A stretch of 64,000 bases of DNA from an uncultured delta proteobacterium. Lineage in GTDB: Bacteria; Desulfobacterota; Desulfobaccia; Desulfobaccales; 0-14-0-80-60-11. Shown one piece after another: positions 9,193 to 19,128 of this stretch. The position numbers and the translations under genes are program-made. Position 1 is the first letter of the stretch; every line of letters begins with the position of its first letter. A model generated the notes under the pieces. It had not been told where the DNA came from. It did not search any database and was given only the letters and a program-made list of their open reading frames with translations. The stretch spans positions 672,001 to 736,000 of the forward strand of contig CAWETI010000003.1 of assembly GCA_963812015.1 (NCBI GenBank), written 5' to 3'.

Positions 9193-10599
9193 ATGAATCA
9201 AAAAACGCGCGGGTTGGTGATAGCCGGGACGCAGAGCGGGGTGGGCAAGACCACCGTTACTCTGGGGCTCCTCGCGGCGTTGGCCCGCCGGGGGCTCGCG
9301 GTGCAGCCGTTCAAGGTGGGGCCGGATTTCATCGATCCCGGGCATCACACCCGGGCCGCGGGCCGGGTCTGCCGGAACCTGGATGGCTGGATGCTGAGCC
9401 GGGAGGCCAATCTGGCCCTGTTCCGCCGCCAGGCCGGCGGCGCCGACGTGGCAGTGGTGGAAGGGGTGATGGGGCTGTTCGACGGCTATGACGGGGCCAG
9501 TGAAGCCGGGTCCACGGCCCAGATGGCCAAGTGGCTGGGACTTCCGGTCTTGTTGGTGGTGGATGCCCGGGCCATGGCCCGGAGCGCCGCGGCCCTGGTG
9601 CACGGGTTCGCCAGCTTCGACCCCGGCCTGAGTCTGGCTGGGGTGGTCTTCAACCGCATCGGCAGTCCTGCCCATCTGGAGTACCTGAAACAGGCCCTGG
9701 CGTCTCTTCAAGGGGTGCGCTGCTTCGGGGGGCTGCCCCGGGACCAGGAACTGGCCATCCCCGAGCGGCATCTGGGTCTGGCCACCGTCGAGGACCATCC
9801 GTTAGGGGCGCCCTATCTCAGTCACCTGGCGGACTGGCTGGAGACCCACCTGGACCTGGAGGGGCTGATGGAGGTTTTGCCCCCCCTGGCGCTGCCGGAG
9901 GAGCCGGCCCCGGCGGCCGCGTCGCCGGTGGTGCGCCTGGGGATCGCCCGGGACCGGGCCTTTTGTTTTTACTACCCCGAAAATTTGGAGCTGCTGGCCG
10001 GGTTTGGGGCGGAGCTGGTCTTCTTCTCCCCCCTGGAGGACCGGGAGTTGCCGGCCGATCTGGACGGCATCTTCCTGGGCGGGGGGTATCCGGAACTCTA
10101 TGCCGAAGGGCTGGCCGCCAACGCCGGCCTGAAGCAGGCCCTGAAGGAGGCCGCCGCCGGGGGTCTGCCGATTTACGCCGAATGCGGCGGGCTCATGTAT
10201 CTGGCCCGGGAAATCCGCGACCTGGAAGGCCGGGCCCACCCCATGGCGGGGGTGTTCCCCTTCACGGTGCGGATGTTGCCGCGGCTTAAGGCTTTGGGTT
10301 ACCGGGAGGTCACGTTGGCCGCGCCCGGCCTTTTGGGCCCGGCGGGAACCAGGGCCCGGGGGCACGAATTCCACTACTCGGAAATTGTGGGAGAGCCCAT
10401 CGGGGTGGCCCGCCTCTACCGGCTGACCCCCCGGCGAGGGGGTGAGGCCGTGGCGGAAGGCTATAGCGAGGGTAACGTCCTGGCCAGCTACGTGCACCTC
10501 CACTTCGGCAGCAATCCCGAGGTGGCCCGTCACCTGGTGGCAAGATGCCGCAGGTATAAAGAAGAATCGAGAGAGGGGGCGAGAAGCAGTTGCCAGTAG
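9193..10599 (+). CDS. cbiA: Cobyrinate a,c-diamide synthase
   Basis: SGVGKTT, FKVGPDFIDP, EGVMGLFDG, ERHLGL, GGGYPE, YAECGGLMYL, GHEFHYS. Confidence 0.95.
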   Translation: MNQKTRGLVIAGTQSGVGKTTVTLGLLAALARRGLAVQPFKVGPDFIDPGHHTRAAGRVCRNLDGWMLSREANLALFRRQAGGADVAVVEGVMGLFDGYDGASEAGSTAQMAKWLGLPVLLVVDARAMARSAAALVHGFASFDPGLSLAGVVFNRIGSPAHLEYLKQALASLQGVRCFGGLPRDQELAIPERHLGLATVEDHPLGAPYLSHLADWLETHLDLEGLMEVLPPLALPEEPAPAAASPVVRLGIARDRAFCFYYPENLELLAGFGAELVFFSPLEDRELPADLDGIFLGGGYPELYAEGLAANAGLKQALKEAAAGGLPIYAECGGLMYLAREIRDLEGRAHPMAGVFPFTVRMLPRLKALGYREVTLAAPGLLGPAGTRARGHEFHYSEIVGEPIGVARLYRLTPRRGGEAVAEGYSEGNVLASYVHLHFGSNPEVARHLVARCRRYKEESREGARSSCQ

Positions 10600-10681
10600 T
10601 TCTTCTGGCAACTGACAACTGGCTACTGACTATCCGCCCCTGGCCCCCTCCCTCAAGAAACTGCTTCAAAGAGGAGTAAGC

Positions 10682-11320
10682 ATGACTTGGCAACCCCGCC
10701 TCCCCTCGGAGATCGAGGCCGAGAGTTTCCGCCGCATCGAAGCCCAGGTGGGTCCGCACCGCCTGTCGCCGGAGGTCTGGTTCGTGGTGCGGCGCATGAT
10801 CCACACCAGCGCCGACCCGGAGTACCTCACCACGGCCCGGGTTCACCCCCGGGCCATCGCCGCGGGGGTGGAGGCCTTGAAGCGGGGCAACCCGGTGGCC
10901 ACCGACACCCGCATGCTGCTGGCGGGCATCTCCACCGGGCGCCTGGGCCGCCTGAGGGTTACGCCTTTCTGCCTCATGGATGACCCGGAAGTCGCGGCCG
11001 AAGCCGCCCGCCGGTCCACCACCCGGGCTGAGGTGGCCATGGAGAGGAGCCTGCCGAAACTGGCCGGGGGCATCGTGGCCATCGGCAATGCCCCCACCGC
11101 CCTGTTGCGCCTGGTAGAGTTGCTGGCGGCCGGGGCCCCGCCGCCGGCCCTGGTGGTGGGGGTGCCGGTGGGTTTTGTCAACGCCGCGGAATCCAAGGAC
11201 GCCCTGGCCCGCCAGGATTGCCCTTATATCACCGCCCTGGGGCCCAAGGGCGGCTCGGCGCTGGCGGCCAGCATCATTAACGCCCTGGCCATCATGGCCC
11301 TGGAGGAGATACCGTCATGA
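10682..11320 (+). CDS. cbiC: Cobalt-precorrin-8 methylmutase
   Basis: RRMIHTSAD, IGNAPTAL, GVPVGFVNAAESK, KGGS. Confidence 0.95.
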   Translation: MTWQPRLPSEIEAESFRRIEAQVGPHRLSPEVWFVVRRMIHTSADPEYLTTARVHPRAIAAGVEALKRGNPVATDTRMLLAGISTGRLGRLRVTPFCLMDDPEVAAEAARRSTTRAEVAMERSLPKLAGGIVAIGNAPTALLRLVELLAAGAPPPALVVGVPVGFVNAAESKDALARQDCPYITALGPKGGSALAASIINALAIMALEEIPS

Positions 11321-12039
11321 CGACCAAAACCGGGACCCTTTACGGGATCGGCGTGGGACCGGGAGACCCGGAATTGATCACCCTGAAGGCCGTCAAGGTG
11401 CTGCACCGGGTGCCACACATCTTTGCCGCCTGCTCCACCAAGAACAGCTACAGTCTGGCCCTGAGCATCGTGCGCTGCCACCTCAACGGCGCCGGGATCG
11501 AGCACCTGCCCTTTCCCATGAGCAAGGACGCCCGGGTGCTGCAGGAGGCCTGGGAGCAGAACGCCCGGCGGGTCCTGGAAGTCCTGGATAGCGGCAGTGA
11601 CGCCGCGTTCGTCACCCTGGGGGACCCTCTGACCTACTCCACCTTCGGGTATCTCCTGAAAACTTTAAAGCGACTACATCCCGAGGTGCGCATCGTCACC
11701 ATCCCCGGCATTACCTCGTATAGCGCCGCCGCGGCCCTGACCCACATCCCGTTGACTGAGGGGGAGGAATCCTTTTACCTGGTGTCGGGGGCCATGGGAG
11801 CGGCAAAACTGAAGGAAGTTATTGATAAATCTGATAATATCGTAATTCTTAAAACGTACCGGCACTTTGACGATATCTACCACACCTTGGAAGACCTGGA
11901 TCTCCTGGACCGGGCCACGTGCATCAGCCGCTGCGGCCTGGATGGCGAGACCATCGTGGAAAATCTCCGGGATCTCAAAGGGCGGGATTTACCCTATCTC
12001 TCCATGATCATCATCAAAAAGCACGGTAAGGGATATTGA
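11317..12039 (+). CDS. cbiL: Cobalt-precorrin-2 C20-methyltransferase
   Basis: LYGIGVGPGDPELITLKA, FPMSKD, TLGDPLTYSTF, PGITS. Confidence 0.93.
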   Translation: MTTKTGTLYGIGVGPGDPELITLKAVKVLHRVPHIFAACSTKNSYSLALSIVRCHLNGAGIEHLPFPMSKDARVLQEAWEQNARRVLEVLDSGSDAAFVTLGDPLTYSTFGYLLKTLKRLHPEVRIVTIPGITSYSAAAALTHIPLTEGEESFYLVSGAMGAAKLKEVIDKSDNIVILKTYRHFDDIYHTLEDLDLLDRATCISRCGLDGETIVENLRDLKGRDLPYLSMIIIKKHGKGY

Positions 12040-12171
12040 TGGCCCTTCCCGAAACCCTGGTCCCGGCGGCCGTGCCTTATGCGTCGTGGAAGGGGTAGTG
12101 AGGTATTTTGGGAGGAGGACCGGGGAGGTAACTCCCCCGCCCCCTCTCTCAGAGCCTTTTGCAGTTAAGAG

Positions 12172-12253
12172 GTGGCACAGGCTTTCCAGCCTGTGCTGAC
12201 GCAGGCTAAAGCCTGCGGCTACCAAAAACAACCCTTTGAACGCAACTCGGTAT
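12172..12253. repeat. REP-like hairpin doublet plus one TIR of the ATACCAAGTTGC family
   Basis: GCACAGGC-TTTCCA-GCCTGTGC and CGCAGGC-TAAA-GCCTGCG; TTTGAACGCAACTCGGTAT at 12235-12253. Confidence 0.6.
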
Positions 12254-12278
12254 CAGAACCAAAACGGTTGTAAAGCGA

Positions 12279-13451
12279 TTGAAAAAGACACCCATACCTT
12301 ATCCGGCCGATGGAGACGACGAGGCCGTCAGGCCGCCCCGGCCCCGGAAGGAACTGCGCCAGGGGTTTTCCACCGGCAGCGCCGCGGCGGCCGCGGTCCA
12401 GGGGGCGCTGTACGAACTGCTGGGCCGGCCCTGCCCCGAACTGGTGGCGGTGGACCTGCCCGGCGGGGGAAGCCTCAGCATCCCGCTTTACCGCCACGGC
12501 CGGAACGACGCCCGGGGGGAGGCGGTGGTGGTCAAGGATGCCGGAGATGACCCCGACGTCACCAACGGCGCCGAGATCGGGGCCCAGGTCTGGTATCTTA
12601 CGGGGCCGGGAGCGCCGGAGGGCGTCACCCTGTTGGGCGGCGAAGGCGTGGGCCGGGTGACCAAGCCGGGTTTACCGGTGGCGGTGGGTGAGCCCGCCAT
12701 CAACCCGGTGCCCCGGAGGATGATCGTCCGCTCCCTGCGCCGGGTGTGGGAGCAGGGCGGCACCGGGCCCCTGCGCCTGGGGGTGGAAATCTTTGTCCCC
12801 CGGGGAGAGGAACTGGCCCGGCACACCCTTAATCCCCGCCTGGGGATCGTGGGGGGCATCTCGATTTTGGGCACCACCGGGCTGGTGAAGCCCTTTTCCC
12901 ACCAGGCCTACCGGGCCACCATCGCCGCCAGCCTGCGGGTGGCCCAGGCCATGGGACTTCAGCATATCGGGTACAGCACCGGGGGCAAAAGCGAGGGTTA
13001 CCTTAAAGGGCTCCTCCCGGGACTGCCCGATGAGGCCTTTGTGCAGATGGGGGATTACGTCAGTTTTGCCCTGAAGGTGGCCACCCACATGGGATTCTTG
13101 AAGATCAGCGCCGCGGCTTTTTTCGGGAAAGCCCTGAAGATCGCCCAGGGTTTCGGACACACGCATGCCTCCCGGGGGCTGGCCGATTTAAAAGAGCTGG
13201 GCCGCTGGACCCTGGACTTGACGGGGGATGCGGCCCTGGCCGAGGCGGTGGCCGGGGCCAACACCGCCCGGCAGGCCCTGGAAATCCTCACCGGGGCCCG
13301 GGCCGGCCAGGTGGTGGCCCAGGTGGGGGCCGGGATGCTGGCGGCCCTGCGGGGCTATGCCGGTCCGGGGCCTCAGCTCGGCGCGGTGGTGCTCGATTTT
13401 GACGGCTCACCCCTCTGGCAGGGACAGAGCCCCGGGGAGGCGGCGGCATGA
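12279..13451 (+). CDS. cbiD: Cobalt-precorrin-5B C1-methyltransferase
   Basis: LRQGFSTGSAAAAA, KDAGDDPDVT, GVGRVTKPGL, AINPVPR, NPRLGIVGGISILGTTG. Confidence 0.95.
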   Translation: MKKTPIPYPADGDDEAVRPPRPRKELRQGFSTGSAAAAAVQGALYELLGRPCPELVAVDLPGGGSLSIPLYRHGRNDARGEAVVVKDAGDDPDVTNGAEIGAQVWYLTGPGAPEGVTLLGGEGVGRVTKPGLPVAVGEPAINPVPRRMIVRSLRRVWEQGGTGPLRLGVEIFVPRGEELARHTLNPRLGIVGGISILGTTGLVKPFSHQAYRATIAASLRVAQAMGLQHIGYSTGGKSEGYLKGLLPGLPDEAFVQMGDYVSFALKVATHMGFLKISAAAFFGKALKIAQGFGHTHASRGLADLKELGRWTLDLTGDAALAEAVAGANTARQALEILTGARAGQVVAQVGAGMLAALRGYAGPGPQLGAVVLDFDGSPLWQGQSPGEAAA

Positions 13452-14692
13452 TTCCGGTGCAGGTAGTGGGGCTGGGGATGTCCCCGGAGGACCTGACTCC
13501 CCGTGCCCGGGAGATCATCGGGGTGGCCCAGGTGCTGGTGGGGGGGCGGCGGCTTCTCGACTACTTTCCGGAGCACCGGGGCATGAAAATTCCCCTGGGC
13601 AAGGACCCGGAAGGGACCCTCAGGCAGCTCCCGCCCCTGGCCAAAACGAAACGGGTGGTGGTGTTGGCTTCCGGAGACCCAAATTTCTATGGGGTGGGGC
13701 CGCTGGTGGTCCGGGTCCTGGGCGCGGAGCAGGTGGTGATCCACCCCAACCTCACCGCGATTCAAACCGCCTGCGCCCGGCTCCACATGCCCTGGCAGGA
13801 CGCCACCGTCATCAGCCTGCACGGGCGCGCCTGGGAGCCGCTGGCCGCAGCCCTGGGAAAGCCCGGCCCTCTGTTGATCTACACGGACCCGACGCATACC
13901 CCCGGGGAGATTGCCAGCTTTCTGCTGGCCCGGGGCCTGGCTCGGGCCCGGGTGTGCGTGCTGGAAGACCTGGGCCAGGACACGGAGCGGGTCACCTGGC
14001 TGAGCTTGACGGAGGCCCAGGAACGAGGGTTTTCGCCCTTGAACCTGGTGGTGGTGGTGCCGGACCCGGAAGAGGTCAGCCCGGCGCGTCCCCGGCTCCA
14101 TCTGGGGCTCCCCGAGGAGGCTTTGGCCCATGAGGCCGGGCTCATCACCAAGTCCGAGGTGCGGGCGGTGGTCCTGGCCAAATTGAAACTTTTCCCCGGC
14201 CAGGTGCTGTGGGACGTGGGGGCCGGGTGCGGCTCGGTGGGGTTGGAGGCCAGCCTGCTCATCCCCGGGGGAAAGATTTTGGCCGTGGAGCGCCATCCGG
14301 AGCGGGCGGCCCAGATTGCCGCCAACCGGGACACATACGGGGTGAACAACCTGGAGGTGGTGTGCGGCGGCGCGCCGGAGAGCCTGGCGGACCTGCCCGA
14401 ACCCCACCGGGTCTTCGTGGGGGGCGGGGGGCAGGCGGTGGGCGCTATCGTCCAGGAGGCCGTGCGGCGCCTGGGGCCGGAAGGCCGGGTGGTGATTAGC
14501 GCCGCCCTCCTGGAGACCCTGGCCGCGGCCCGGACCGTCCTGGAACAGGCGGGCTGGGAGGTGGAGGTGGTCCAACTCCAGGTGAGCCGGTCCCACCCCC
14601 TGGCCGATGGGAACGCGTTGCAGGCGTTAAATCCGGTGTGGATTATTGCCGGTTACTTGAGGGGAGGGCCGGGGGAGGACAGGAGTCAGTAA
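13448..14692 (+). CDS. cbiET: Cobalt-precorrin-7 C5-methyltransferase / precorrin-6B C15-methyltransferase fusion
   Basis: LASGDPNFYG, SLHGR, ITKSEVRA, WDVGAGCGSV, VFVGGGG, ALNPV. Confidence 0.93.
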   Translation: MIPVQVVGLGMSPEDLTPRAREIIGVAQVLVGGRRLLDYFPEHRGMKIPLGKDPEGTLRQLPPLAKTKRVVVLASGDPNFYGVGPLVVRVLGAEQVVIHPNLTAIQTACARLHMPWQDATVISLHGRAWEPLAAALGKPGPLLIYTDPTHTPGEIASFLLARGLARARVCVLEDLGQDTERVTWLSLTEAQERGFSPLNLVVVVPDPEEVSPARPRLHLGLPEEALAHEAGLITKSEVRAVVLAKLKLFPGQVLWDVGAGCGSVGLEASLLIPGGKILAVERHPERAAQIAANRDTYGVNNLEVVCGGAPESLADLPEPHRVFVGGGGQAVGAIVQEAVRRLGPEGRVVISAALLETLAAARTVLEQAGWEVEVVQLQVSRSHPLADGNALQALNPVWIIAGYLRGGPGEDRSQ

Positions 14693-14758
14693 CCGGAAAA
14701 AATACTGACAACCGGCAACCGCGCCTCGCCCCCTGCCTCAGGGAAAAAGGAAAATTTC

Positions 14759-15544
14759 ATGACCGAGCGTCATCCCGTTATCTTCGTGGGGGCCGGGCCC
14801 GGCGACCCGGAGCTCATCACGGTCAAGGGGCAAAAGGCCCTGGCCCGGGCCGACCTGGTGCTCTACGCCGGGTCCCTGGTGTCGCCGGCGGTGCTGGAGT
14901 GGGCCAGGCCCACGGCCGAACTCATCGACACCGCTCAACTGAACCTGCAGGAGATCCTCGACCGGATCACGGCGGGCCACCGGGATGGCCGACGGGTGGT
15001 CCGGGTCCACTCCGGGGACCCCGCCCTGTATGGCGCCATCCAGGAGCAACTGGAGGTCCTGGAGCGGGAAGCGATTCCCTGTGCGGTGATTCCGGGGGTG
15101 ACCGCGGCGTTTGCCGCGGCCGCGGCCCTGGCCCAAGAACTCACTTTGCCGGAGGTGACCCAAACGCTCATCTTCACCCGGGCGGCGGGACGCACCCCGG
15201 TGCCGGAGCGGGAGGCCCTCCACGACCTGGCCCGGCATGGGGCCACCCTGGTCATCTATCTCAGCATCAAGCTTATTGACGCGGTGGTGGCCGAGCTCAC
15301 CCCCAGCTACGGCCCGGCGACTCCGGTGGTGGTGGCCTACCGGGTGAGCTGGCCGGATCAGAGGCTGATCCGGGGCACCCTGGCCACTATCGCCGGCCTG
15401 GTGAAGGGGGCGGGGATCGAGCGCCAGGCCTTGATTCTGGTGGGACCGGCCCTGGCCGCGAGGGAGGGGGAGTTGCAGGCCCGCTCCAAGCTTTATGATG
15501 AGAGTTTCAGCCATGGATTTCGGAGCGGCGGGGGAGATGAGTGA
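14759..15544 (+). CDS. cbiF: Cobalt-precorrin-4 C11-methyltransferase
   Basis: FVGAGPGDPELITVKG, YAGSLV, RVHSGDPALYGAIQEQ, ELTLPEVTQT, SKLY. Confidence 0.95.
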   Translation: MTERHPVIFVGAGPGDPELITVKGQKALARADLVLYAGSLVSPAVLEWARPTAELIDTAQLNLQEILDRITAGHRDGRRVVRVHSGDPALYGAIQEQLEVLEREAIPCAVIPGVTAAFAAAAALAQELTLPEVTQTLIFTRAAGRTPVPEREALHDLARHGATLVIYLSIKLIDAVVAELTPSYGPATPVVVAYRVSWPDQRLIRGTLATIAGLVKGAGIERQALILVGPALAAREGELQARSKLYDESFSHGFRSGGGDE

Positions 15545-15627
15545 AATATCGGGAATATAACAAAGGGATGGCAATAGCGGCAGGGGTGACCCGCCGGATC
15601 GCCCTAGGTCCTGAATTCGGTAGGTGC

Positions 15628-16674
15628 ATGGCTTCAAAGACGCGCCCCATTAAAATCCTGGCCCTGACCCCTGCGGGCGCGGCCCTGGCCCGGCGGCTGG
15701 CCCGGGGGATAAAGGAAGCACAGTGTTGGCTACCAGCGGCTCAGGCCAGGGAGCCGGGGGACCAGGCTTTCTCCCGGCTCTCCGAGGCCTTTCGGGAGGC
15801 CTTCGCACAGGGCGATAACCTGGTGTGTATCATGGCCGCGGGGATCGTGGTGCGGGGGAGCGCACCGTTTCTGAAGGGCAAAGACACGGACCCCGGGGTG
15901 GTAGTGGTGGATGAGGCCGGGCGGTTCGCCATCAGCCTCTTGTCCGGACACCTGGGCGGGGCCAATGAGCTGGCGCGCAAAGTGGCCCGGATTCTGGGCG
16001 GCACCCCGGTGATCACCACGGCCACGGACGTGCAGGGATTGCCGGCCCTGGACGTGCTGGCGGTGGAGCATGGCCTGACCATCGAAAACCTGCCGGAAGT
16101 GCGGACGATTTCCATGGCCCTGTTGGAAGGCCGGCCTATCCGGGTGGTGGACCCGGATAACTATCTGGCCGACATGGTGTCAGCCTATCCGGAGCGATTT
16201 GCCCCTGAGCCCGACCTGGACCTGGCCTTACATGCCCCCGGCCCCACCGTGTATGTGGGCTTCCGGGAACGCCCCTGGCCCCCGGAGTGGCTGAGGCTGA
16301 GGCCCCGGAACCTGGTGGCCGGCATGGGCTGCCACAAGGGCACGCCTGGGGATGAACTTATTGAATTTATTAAGCAATCTTTTCAGCAAGCAGGGTTGTC
16401 CCTCCTGTCCCTGCGGGCCCTGGCTACCATTGAGGCCAAAAAGGAGGAACCCGGGCTGCGGATGGCCGCCCGGAGTCTGGGAGTTAAATTCTTATGGTTT
16501 ACCGCGACAGAGTTACAGGAGATACCGGTGCCGAACCCCTCGCCCCGGGTGGCCCGCCACATGAAAGTGGCGAGTGTCAGCGAGGCGGCGGCCCTGAAGG
16601 CGGGGGGGGTGGAGCTGATCGTCCCCAAGCGCAAGGCCGCCAACGCCACCCTGGCGGTGGCCCGGGTCGCTTAG
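15628..16674 (+). CDS. cbiG: Cobalt-precorrin-5A hydrolase
   Basis: IMAAGIVVR, KDTDPGVVVVDE, SLLSGHLGGANELA, VITTATD, GMGCHKG, SVSEAAAL; start uncertain (15541-15628). Confidence 0.92.
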   Translation: MASKTRPIKILALTPAGAALARRLARGIKEAQCWLPAAQAREPGDQAFSRLSEAFREAFAQGDNLVCIMAAGIVVRGSAPFLKGKDTDPGVVVVDEAGRFAISLLSGHLGGANELARKVARILGGTPVITTATDVQGLPALDVLAVEHGLTIENLPEVRTISMALLEGRPIRVVDPDNYLADMVSAYPERFAPEPDLDLALHAPGPTVYVGFRERPWPPEWLRLRPRNLVAGMGCHKGTPGDELIEFIKQSFQQAGLSLLSLRALATIEAKKEEPGLRMAARSLGVKFLWFTATELQEIPVPNPSPRVARHMKVASVSEAAALKAGGVELIVPKRKAANATLAVARVA

Positions 16675-16676
16675 CG

Positions 16677-17459
16677 GTGGTGAGCCTGGGGCCGGGGTTT
16701 CCCGACTACATCATCCCCCGGGCACAGGCCGCCCTGGCCGAGGCCCAGGTGGTGGTGGGCTACCAGACCTATATCGACCTGGTGCGCCCCCTCTTGACCA
16801 CCCAGGAAGTGGTGGCCACCGGCATGAAGGCCGAAGTGAAGCGCTGTGGGCTCGCCCTGGAGCGGGCCCGGGGCGGGGAGTGGGTGGCCATAGTCTCCAG
16901 CGGCGACGCCGGCATCTACGGTATGGCCGGGCTGGTCCTGGAGATGTGCGCCGCCCAAGGGCTTAAGTTGGGGCCGTCTGGAGGGAGCGCCGACGTGGAC
17001 CTCTTTCTGGAAGTGATCCCCGGGGTTCCGGCCCTGGCGGCGGGGGCGGCGCTGTTGGGGGCTCCCCTGATGCATGATTTTGTCGCCATCTCCTTAAGCG
17101 ACCTCCTCACCCCCTGGGAGACTATTGAAAAGCGCCTGGACCTGGCGGCCCAAGGGGATTTTGTCATCGTGCTCTATAACCCCAAGAGCAAGAAACGGGA
17201 CTGGCAACTGGGCGCGGTGGGGGACCTGCTGCTGCGCCATAAAGACCCGATGACGCCGGTGGGCATCGTCTCCCGGGCCATGCGCCAGGGCCAAACCACC
17301 ACGATCACGACTTTGCATGACCTGACGAAAACCCCGGTGGATATGCAGACCATCGTGGTCGTGGGCAACTCCCAGACCCACACCTACGGCCCCTACATGA
17401 TTACGCCCCGGGGGTACTTGAGCAAGTACCGGGTGACAAAGTCTCAAGATGCTGATTGA
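16677..17459 (+). CDS. cbiH: Cobalt-precorrin-3 C17-methyltransferase
   Basis: VVSLGPG, VVGYQTY, SSGDAGIYGMAG, GAPLMHDF, SLSDLLTPW, LYNPKS, MITPRGY; start ambiguous (see findings). Confidence 0.92.
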   Translation: MVSLGPGFPDYIIPRAQAALAEAQVVVGYQTYIDLVRPLLTTQEVVATGMKAEVKRCGLALERARGGEWVAIVSSGDAGIYGMAGLVLEMCAAQGLKLGPSGGSADVDLFLEVIPGVPALAAGAALLGAPLMHDFVAISLSDLLTPWETIEKRLDLAAQGDFVIVLYNPKSKKRDWQLGAVGDLLLRHKDPMTPVGIVSRAMRQGQTTTITTLHDLTKTPVDMQTIVVVGNSQTHTYGPYMITPRGYLSKYRVTKSQDAD

Positions 17460-17485
17460 GCTACAGCTTATGAAAGTTCATCATA

Positions 17486-17584
17486 AAATCCCCCCTATCC
17501 TCCCTTTGACAAAGGGGGGGATGCTTCGCCAGAGAGCACTTAAGGGAAAGTCCCCCTTTTATAAAGGCGGATTTAGGGGGATTT
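17486..17584. repeat. REP-like inverted repeat pair
   Basis: AAATCCCCCCTA...TAGGGGGATTT ends with internal CCCTTT/AAAGG hairpins. Confidence 0.6.
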
Positions 17585-17609
17585 CCGCTGACCCAGGACG
17601 TTTGTGCCT

Positions 17610-19124
17610 ATGAAGTATCGCCCCTTAATGATTCTCGGTTCGGGCTCGGACGTGGGCAAAAGCATCATGGTGGCGGGTTTGTGCCGCATCTTCCGCCAGG
17701 AGGGCATGCAGGTGGCCCCCTTCAAGGCCCAGAACATGGCCTTGAACAGTTTCATCACCCCGGAAGGCGGGGAGATGGGCCGGGCCCAGGTGGTCCAGGC
17801 CCAGGCCGCGGGCCTCACCCCCCACGTGGACATGAACCCTATCCTGCTCAAGCCCAGCAGCGAGGTGGGGTCCCAGGTGATTGTCCACGGCCGGGTGTAC
17901 GGGAACTTCCCGGCCCGGGATTACTACCGGCTCAAGCCCCGGCTGTTGCGGAAGGTGATGGAGAGCTACCGTCGCCTGGCCCAAACCTATGACCTCATCG
18001 TCCTGGAGGGGGCCGGCAGCGCGGTGGAGTTGAATTTAAAGAAAAACGACCTGGTGAATTTCAACATGGCCCGCCGGGCCGGGGCAGCGGTCCTGCTGGT
18101 GGCCGACATTGACCGGGGCGGGGTGTTCGCGGCCACCATCGGGGCCTATCATCTGTTGACCGCGGGAGAGCGCCGGATGCTTCGGGGCTTCATCATCAAC
18201 AAGTTCCGGGGTGATGCCACCCTGTTCGAAGAGGGCGTCACGATCATCGAGAAACGGACCCGAAGGCCGGTCCTGGGGGTGGTGCCCTACGCGGGTGATT
18301 TGGTCCTCCCCGAAGAGGACAGTGTCGCCCTGAGCCGCAAGCGCCTAACCGGAGCGTGGGAAGAGGATGGCGGCCTCAGGATCGGAGTGGTGCGTCTGCC
18401 GCACATCTCTAACTACACCGACTTTGATCCCCTGGAGCAGGAGCCCGGGGTGACGCTCCGCTACCTGGACCATCGGGATGAGCTGGGCGGCCTGGACCTC
18501 CTGATCCTGCCGGGGACCAAAAATACCATCAGCGACCTGCTCTATTTGAAGGATACCGGCCTGTTTGGGCGGATTCAGGCCTATGCCCAGGGGGGGGGGC
18601 GCGTGGTGGGCATTTGCGGGGGCTATCAGATTTTGGGCCAGGAGGTCCGGGACCCCCTGGGGATGGAAGGCGCCCCCCGGACCGAGGCGGGCCTGGGGCT
18701 CTTGCCCGTGGTGACCACCATGGCCGGGGCCAAGACCACCACCCAGGTGGAGGCCCGAGTGCCGGACCGGCCGGCCTACGGCATGCTGCTCGCCTATGAG
18801 ATTCACATGGGGGTCACCGAGCCCCGGGAGGAGGGGCGGCCGGCCTTTGAGATCATCAGCCGGAACGGCCGGCCCCTGAAGGTGGCCGATGGCTGGGTCA
18901 GCCCGGACCATGGCGTTTGGGGCACCTATCTCCACGGCGTGTACGATAATGACGGGTTTCGCCGGGGTTTTTTGCAAGAGCTGCGACGGACCCGTCCGGA
19001 CGTGGCAGCTACCTCGCCGGCGACGTCCTATCAAAGCTTTCAAGAGGCCCAACTGGACCGTCTGGCTGACCTTTTGCGGCGCCATCTGGATATGGCGCAG
19101 ATCAACGCGATGATTCGAGCTTAA
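17610..19124 (+). CDS. cbiP: Cobyric acid synthase
   Basis: GSDVGKS, APFKAQNMALNS, MNPILLKP, EGAGS, DIDRGG, ISNYTDFDPL, GICGGYQ, GTYLHG. Confidence 0.95.
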   Translation: MKYRPLMILGSGSDVGKSIMVAGLCRIFRQEGMQVAPFKAQNMALNSFITPEGGEMGRAQVVQAQAAGLTPHVDMNPILLKPSSEVGSQVIVHGRVYGNFPARDYYRLKPRLLRKVMESYRRLAQTYDLIVLEGAGSAVELNLKKNDLVNFNMARRAGAAVLLVADIDRGGVFAATIGAYHLLTAGERRMLRGFIINKFRGDATLFEEGVTIIEKRTRRPVLGVVPYAGDLVLPEEDSVALSRKRLTGAWEEDGGLRIGVVRLPHISNYTDFDPLEQEPGVTLRYLDHRDELGGLDLLILPGTKNTISDLLYLKDTGLFGRIQAYAQGGGRVVGICGGYQILGQEVRDPLGMEGAPRTEAGLGLLPVVTTMAGAKTTTQVEARVPDRPAYGMLLAYEIHMGVTEPREEGRPAFEIISRNGRPLKVADGWVSPDHGVWGTYLHGVYDNDGFRRGFLQELRRTRPDVAATSPATSYQSFQEAQLDRLADLLRRHLDMAQINAMIRA

Positions 19125-19128
19125 AAAA

